From Hyaloraphidium curvatum SAG 235-1 (lineage: Eukaryota > Fungi > Monoblepharomycota), in contig JAIVFI010000003.1 of assembly GCA_025558095.1 (NCBI GenBank), forward strand, positions 434,001-498,000: DNA of 64,000 nucleotides, written 5' to 3'. The notes under the pieces are model-generated. The model was not told the DNA's origin and did no database searches. It saw only the letters and a program-made list of their open reading frames with translations. This document shows, piece by piece, positions 58,518 through 64,000 of this stretch. The stretch's first letter is position 1. The number at the start of each line of letters is the position of its first letter. A program made the translations under genes and the position numbers.

Positions 58518-59017
58518 TCAGCGGCGGCGTGGCAGGGCGGAGAGCGTCGTCATGTGCCGCAGGTTCAGACAGGCTCCGTCAGCGGACAGCGCCGACTCGA
58601 CGACGTTTCGGCGGGGACCGGTGTCCCCGCCATCAAGGCTGTTGAGCGAGACCACGCCACAGCAGCGAACAGTCTGGGCACGGACGATTCCCTGGGTACC
58701 GGTCGCAATTGATTGAATGAGGTATCCCGTGCTGCCTGGTCGGCGTCATCGGCGCAGATGGATGCCTAGCATCCGATTGCTCGCCTACAGCAGCCGGTTC
58801 GTCCGTGAGGCTGCCCAATGCGAGTCTAGCTTACTGATCGGATGAATGAGCAGTCATTAAACTGCCGTTCAAGTCGCAGCGCATTCTGGGTGCATCTCTG
58901 GGCAACTTCACAGAGCGGTGATGAGTTGGCGCACTCCGTCCACGCGGCGGAGGAAGAAGACGCTGCCATCCGGGCCCCGCGCGTGACGCCCGCCTGCGCG
59001 ACGATCAGCGCGCCGCG

Positions 59018-62000
59018 ATGGCGCCCGGCGGTTCCGCGGCCGGCGATGGCGCGTTGTTTGCGGCGTTCGACCGGCGGCTCTTCGCGTTCCTCGCGTCGTT
59101 CGCCGCCGCGCCCGCCGCCGCCGCGCCGCTGCCGCCCGCCGCCGCCGCCGCGATCGCCGCCGCGCTCGACGGCGCACTGTGCGGAACCGCGCCCGGCGGC
59201 CCCGCGGGCCCCGACGCGGACGCGCGCCGCCTGAGGCTGTTCGGCGCGCCGGACGTCGCCGACGCGGAGCTGCCGCCGGAGTACCGCAAGACGCAGATGG
59301 GCAAGGCGTGCGGGCACGTGTTCAAGCGCGGCGAGGCCGTGTGGAGGTGCAGGTAAGCGGCCCCGTGCCCTGCCCTGTCGCCCCGATCTCACTCTGCCCC
59401 CTTAAAGGACGTGCGCCCTCGACGACACGTGCGTGTTCTGCTCGCGCTGCTTCCACAACTCGAACCACGAGGGCCACGAGACGTCCTTCTCCATCACGTC
59501 CGGCAACGGCGGCTGCTGCGACTGCGGCGACAAGGAGGCGTGGCGGCTCGACTCGGGATGCAAGTACCACTCGGCTGCACCCTCGGACGCCCCCGCCGGG
59601 CCTGCGGCGCCGCTGCCGTCCGATCTGGCCGCGTCCATCGGCTCGACCGTCGCCACCGTGCTCGACTTCCTCCTCTTTGCCCTGGCCAAGGCGCCCCTGC
59701 ACCCGTGCCCGCTGCCCGCCACGGCCGACGACATCGCCGCCATGCCCTACGGGAGCGAGCCCCCCTCCAAGTTCGCCCTCGTGCTGTGGAACGACGAGCT
59801 GCACAGCTTCGACAACGTGATCGACGTCCTCGCCAAGCACGTCACGGGCGGCAACCGCGCGGAGGCCAAGCGCACCGCCGAGGCCGTGGACGCCCGCGGC
59901 CGCGCCGTGGTCCTCGTCTCGGACGACGCCGCGCAGCTGCTCCGCACCGCAAACAGGATCGCCGCCGACTCGTCGCACGGCCTCGGCATCCTCGGCACCG
60001 CCATCACGCTGCGCCGCCCGCCCTTGGTGCTCACGGTGCAGCCGCTTTCGCAGACGGTGCACGAGGAGGTCGCGCATGCGTGCGCCGACTGGCTGCACGC
60101 GCTGTGCAGGCGGATCGCGGATCCGGCGGGGGAGGAGGCCGCGCGCAAGGCCGTGTGCAGGGAGCTCGGCGCGGGGAGGTGGAGGGTGCCTTCAGGGCTG
60201 GCGAGGGACGGGCCGCCCAGGGATGTGACCGAGGAGGAGATGGTGGCGGGGTTCGTGGCGTTTGCCGAGGAGCCGGAGCCGCCGCCCAGGCCGCCCAGGC
60301 CGGCGCCGGCGCCAAGGCCACCCAGGCCGGCGAACGACAACGAGATTCCGGACCTCGAGGACATCGACTCGGATTCCGGGTCCAGCGACGGCGGGTGGGG
60401 CCCGCCGCCGGCGCAGCCCGCAGCTCCCGCGCAGCCGGCCCAGGCCCCGCCGCCGGGCAACAACGACGAGCTCCCGCCGCTGGAGGGGATCGAGGACACG
60501 GACGAGGAGGACGAGGAGCACGAGGAGGACGACGACTACGTCCCCAGCGGGCAGGAGGACGAGGAGATGGAGGTCGACGAAGAGGGCTCGGACGGGGAGG
60601 ACGAGGACTTCGAGGACGACGAGGGCTCGGAAGACGGCGGCGCGGGCGGAGGTCTCCCCGTGCTGGCCCTCGAGGACGTGCAGGGTCTCGTCGCGCTCGC
60701 GGGCCAGGCCGGCGCCGCTGGCTTGCTGCCCCCCGGGATGCAGGAGATCCTCGCCGGCGCGGCGGCGCAGGCCGGCATGGGGTTCGATTCGGACGACGAG
60801 GGGATGGAGGGCGAAGCGGAGCTGCAGATGATGCAGGAGGCGGCGATGGACCTCGATGCCGCGTTCCCGCCCGGCGGGCCCGGGAGCGGCGCGGGGGAGG
60901 CCGGTGCGGCGCAGCCGGCGGGTACGCCGCCCAAGGAGGAGCCCGTAGCGGTGGCTGTGCAGGAGCAGGAGCAGCCGGCGTCGCCGTCGCCGCCCGGTCC
61001 TCTTTCGGCCGACGTCGGCAGCCTGGAGGTGCCGGACTTTGAGCCGCCGCCGCCGCCGCCGTTCGGGTCGGAGCCGCCGAGGTCGCGGCTGGACATGCTG
61101 CTCGAGTGGGACCTGAAGCAGTGGAAGCAGTTGCGCTCGCTGCTGCGGGAGCTGTACATCGGCACGTTCGTTGTCACGGGCGACGAGTACAAGGCCATGC
61201 TCGGTGGGTCCCTTCCGCGCTCGCCATGCGCCTCGGCTGCTGACGTTGCTTGCCACCGCAGGGCTCAAGTACGCCGCAAACTACGTCGTCACGGGACCCT
61301 CCTACGTCCTGCTCGACCGCGAGGCCCCGCTCTCGGTCTTCTTGCTCGCCGTGCAGCTCTTCACCGTGCCCACGGTCGCGCAAAAGGTCATGCAGCACCC
61401 GACCCGCAACTTCTTCGCCGAGTTCCTCACCCTCCTCAAGTCCATCTACCTCTGCAACCTGCCCACCTCGGGCATCACGATGGAAAAGTTCCGCCAGATC
61501 TACCTGCGGACGTGGCAGGCGCACCCGGACTCGTACTCGCCGCACCAGCTGGCGCTCAAGATGGACCAGAACAGGACGCGCGGCGTCGGACACCTGTTCC
61601 TCAACGTCCGCTACCTGCTCGCCGCGGCACCGCAGGCCTTTGGGGCGGGCTACGTCGCCAACATGCAGTGGCTGCTCTCGACTCTGACGCCGTGGCAGGG
61701 TATGAACCCGCAGAAGCGCGCCGCGGTGATGCACGTCGAGTTCGAGAACGACTGGGCCGACTCGGTGACGGCGGCGCGGAACGCGGCGGAGCTGATCCAG
61801 GTCGCCGCGCACTGCTTTGCTCCCGCTTCTGACGGCGAGCCCGGGACGACGAAGCTGGACCCGTTCGCGCCCGACTCGTGGAGGGTGATGCTGCATGCGG
61901 TGCGGTTCGCGTACACGGCGGCGTACCGCTGGTGCCAGGCCGAGAATCCGCGGGACCCGCTCGCGTCGGACCAGCCGAGGGTGCTCGAGTCGACCATGAG

Positions 62001-64000
62001 CTTCCTGCACCCGCTGCACTGGATGCTCGCGCAGCTGCTCGCCAAGATGCAGCAGATCGCCGCGCTTCGGTCCGCGCGGGGCGCCAAGCCCGGCGCGCTC
62101 GGGATCGGCGCCGAGACGGAACCCGAGGGCCGGCTCAGGGTGTGGAAGCAGGTGTTTGACCTCGAGGCGGCGCCCGGGACCGAAGTGCCCCGCATCAAGC
62201 TCATGAACCTGCAGCGCGTCGTGCTAAAGCCCGTGCGCGTGCAGGCCTTCGTGGCCCAGATCCGGGCCAACCTGTGGGTGCGCAACGGTGACGCCATGCG
62301 GATGCAGGCTTTCCACTACAAATACGAGTCCCTGCGGGAGCTCGGCTACGATCAGGACCTCACGGTGATCCAGGCTGCCCTGTGCGTGATGGAGCCCGAG
62401 GGCGTGCTGCAGACCATGGCCAACGCCTTCAACCTGGACTGGTGGCTGCGCGGGCGGTCGGCGACGTCGGCGCGCCTGCACGGCATGGAGCCCAGGCAGA
62501 TGAACGTGCTGGCGGAGGAGTTCATGGAGCTCCTCATCTTTTTGCTGACGGAGCGCACCGCGGCCGCGGCGCTTTCGTACGAGGAGGTGGCGAGGCGCGA
62601 GATCCGGCACCACCTGGCTTTCCAGCCGAACGGCATGACGTACAGCGCGCTGGTGAAGCGGGTTTCGGACCGGGCGACCGAGTCGGCGACGGACGAGAAC
62701 CTCGAGCCGCAGTTCGAGAGGATCCTCAAGTCGATGGCCAGGTTCAAGGAGCCCGACGCGACCCGCGAGTACGGCGTCTACGAGCTGCACGACGGCGAGT
62801 TCGACGCGGTCGATCCCTGGTTCTGGCATTACTCGCGCAACCACCGTGCCGAGGTCGCCGAGGTGGGTTTCGTCGAGGGTCGGCCAGCGGTACCGCACCC
62901 GCGCTGACGCTGCTTCCGACAGATCCTCAAGAAGCGCGCGTCGGCAAAGAAGGGCATCCACGTCCCCGCCCTGCTCCCCGTGCCGCCCAACACGCCGTTC
63001 TCGCACCTTGCGGATCTCGTGCACGACAAGCACTTTGCCTCGGTGATGTTCTTCACGATCTGGAACTGCACGAAGCGTGCCGACGCCAAGGTCCGGGTCG
63101 CCAAGGACGTCAAGACCTGGTCCGCGGAGGACATCCGCGAGTGCGGCCACAGCAGCGGCATCCTCGACGCGTCTCTGCACCTGCTGCTTGTGGCTTGCCA
63201 GGAGGAGGTCGAGGGTTACGCCAGCTCGGTCTCGCGCCGGCGTGGTATCAACGCCCGCAAGGCCGGCTTCATGGCCAATGCGACATCGTGCGAGTTCGAG
63301 GTGCCGTTGCCCACCGGCGACAAGCTGGTGAAAAAGACGCTGCTGTCTTTGCTTCTGGAGCTCATCGAGGCTTTCGGAGGCGGAGTGACCCTTTCGGGGT
63401 CCACCAAGCTCAAGGCCAAGGAAGCTTCGGCGGGCTTCGTGGAGGAGTCGACGGTTGCGGATTTCGTCCCGCGCATGTACTGGATCGTGCAGCGGATCGA
63501 GGAGTGGGGCTCGGACGAAGCGCGCACGGCCGTCGCCGAATGGAGGATTCGCGTGGTCGAGAGCCAGGAGGACCGGGGCGGTGCCGACGAAAAGCCGAAG
63601 GAGCTCACGGACGTGGACAAGAAGAGGCAGGCGGCCAAAGATCGGCAGGCCGCCATCATGGCGCAGATGAAGGCGCAGCAGCAGCAGTTCATGGTCTCCC
63701 ACGGCTTTGGCGGCCCCGAGAGCGAGGAGGAAGACGACGACATGGACCTGCAAGCGGACGATGGGGCGCCTGCCGAGGACTCGCTGCGCGAGAGGGCGTG
63801 GAGATTCCCCGCCGGAACCTGCATCGTGTGCCAGGAGGATGCCGACAAGGGCAGCGAGCTGTACGGGATGCTGGCTTTCGCGCAGTCGAGCCGTCTGGTC
63901 CGGCCCCTGAACCCGGCCGAGCCGGACGAGGCCACGGCCGCCCTTGCTGGCGTCGTGCACCTACCGTCATCGCTGGACGAGGATGCTGGCCCGGCTTCCG
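59018..64000 (+). CDS. UBR1: N-degron E3 ubiquitin ligase UBR1 (3'-partial)
   Basis: UBR box CGHVFKRGEAVWRCR|TCALDDTCVFCSRCF...HEGH...GGCCDCGDKEAW, ClpS-like VLWNDELHSF, LAVQLFTVPT, SFLHPLHW, IRANLWVRNG, AKDRQAAIMAQMKAQQ, and the start of the RING (CIVCQE). Confidence 0.95.

Noticed and set aside
58840-58875. Possible SECIS (ATGA...AAA hairpin), considered because some early-diverging fungi use selenocysteine
   Set aside because: The 3' arm lacks the GA quartet partner, it lies between two 5' ends rather than in a 3' UTR, and I saw no in-frame TGA at a Cys position in any gene.

Overview
Gene-dense, GC-rich eukaryotic DNA with many short (mostly ~50-70 nt) GT-AG introns. A Zn2Cys6 transcription factor marks it as fungal. 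Animal-like retained genes (ZFPL1, RAD51C, two-Grx-domain GLRX3) suggest an early-diverging, chytrid/monoblepharid-type lineage (inference). I can support about 33 protein-coding genes, mostly conserved housekeeping functions: GRX3, PXMP4, ATG9, PP2C, RCC1-like, GMF, ERV14, DUG1/CNDP2, RAD51C, GID8, SWP1/RPN2, MYST HAT, mitochondrial IF2, SEC12, RTC3, WDR20/CreC, Rho, eIF2A, a SNF2-RING helicase and UBR1. Intergenic spacers are extremely short. The most interesting items are: (1) an intronless bacterial-type RtcB2-like RNA ligase fused to an N-terminal ubiquitin-like (DCX/KHA-type) domain, with no PrfH partner in the window; (2) a TPR protein fused to a divergent nucleotidyltransferase domain; (3) a 5'-truncated CRE-like non-LTR retrotransposon, with a candidate 8-bp target-site duplication, inside a tiny divergent promoter; (4) a mitochondrial IF2 with a ~900-aa N-terminal extension carrying a repeated D[AP]F...PRL motif; (5) a bacterial-like alpha/beta hydrolase that has gained introns. 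Multi-exon coordinates were spliced by eye and run from start codon to stop codon. No database searches were run.
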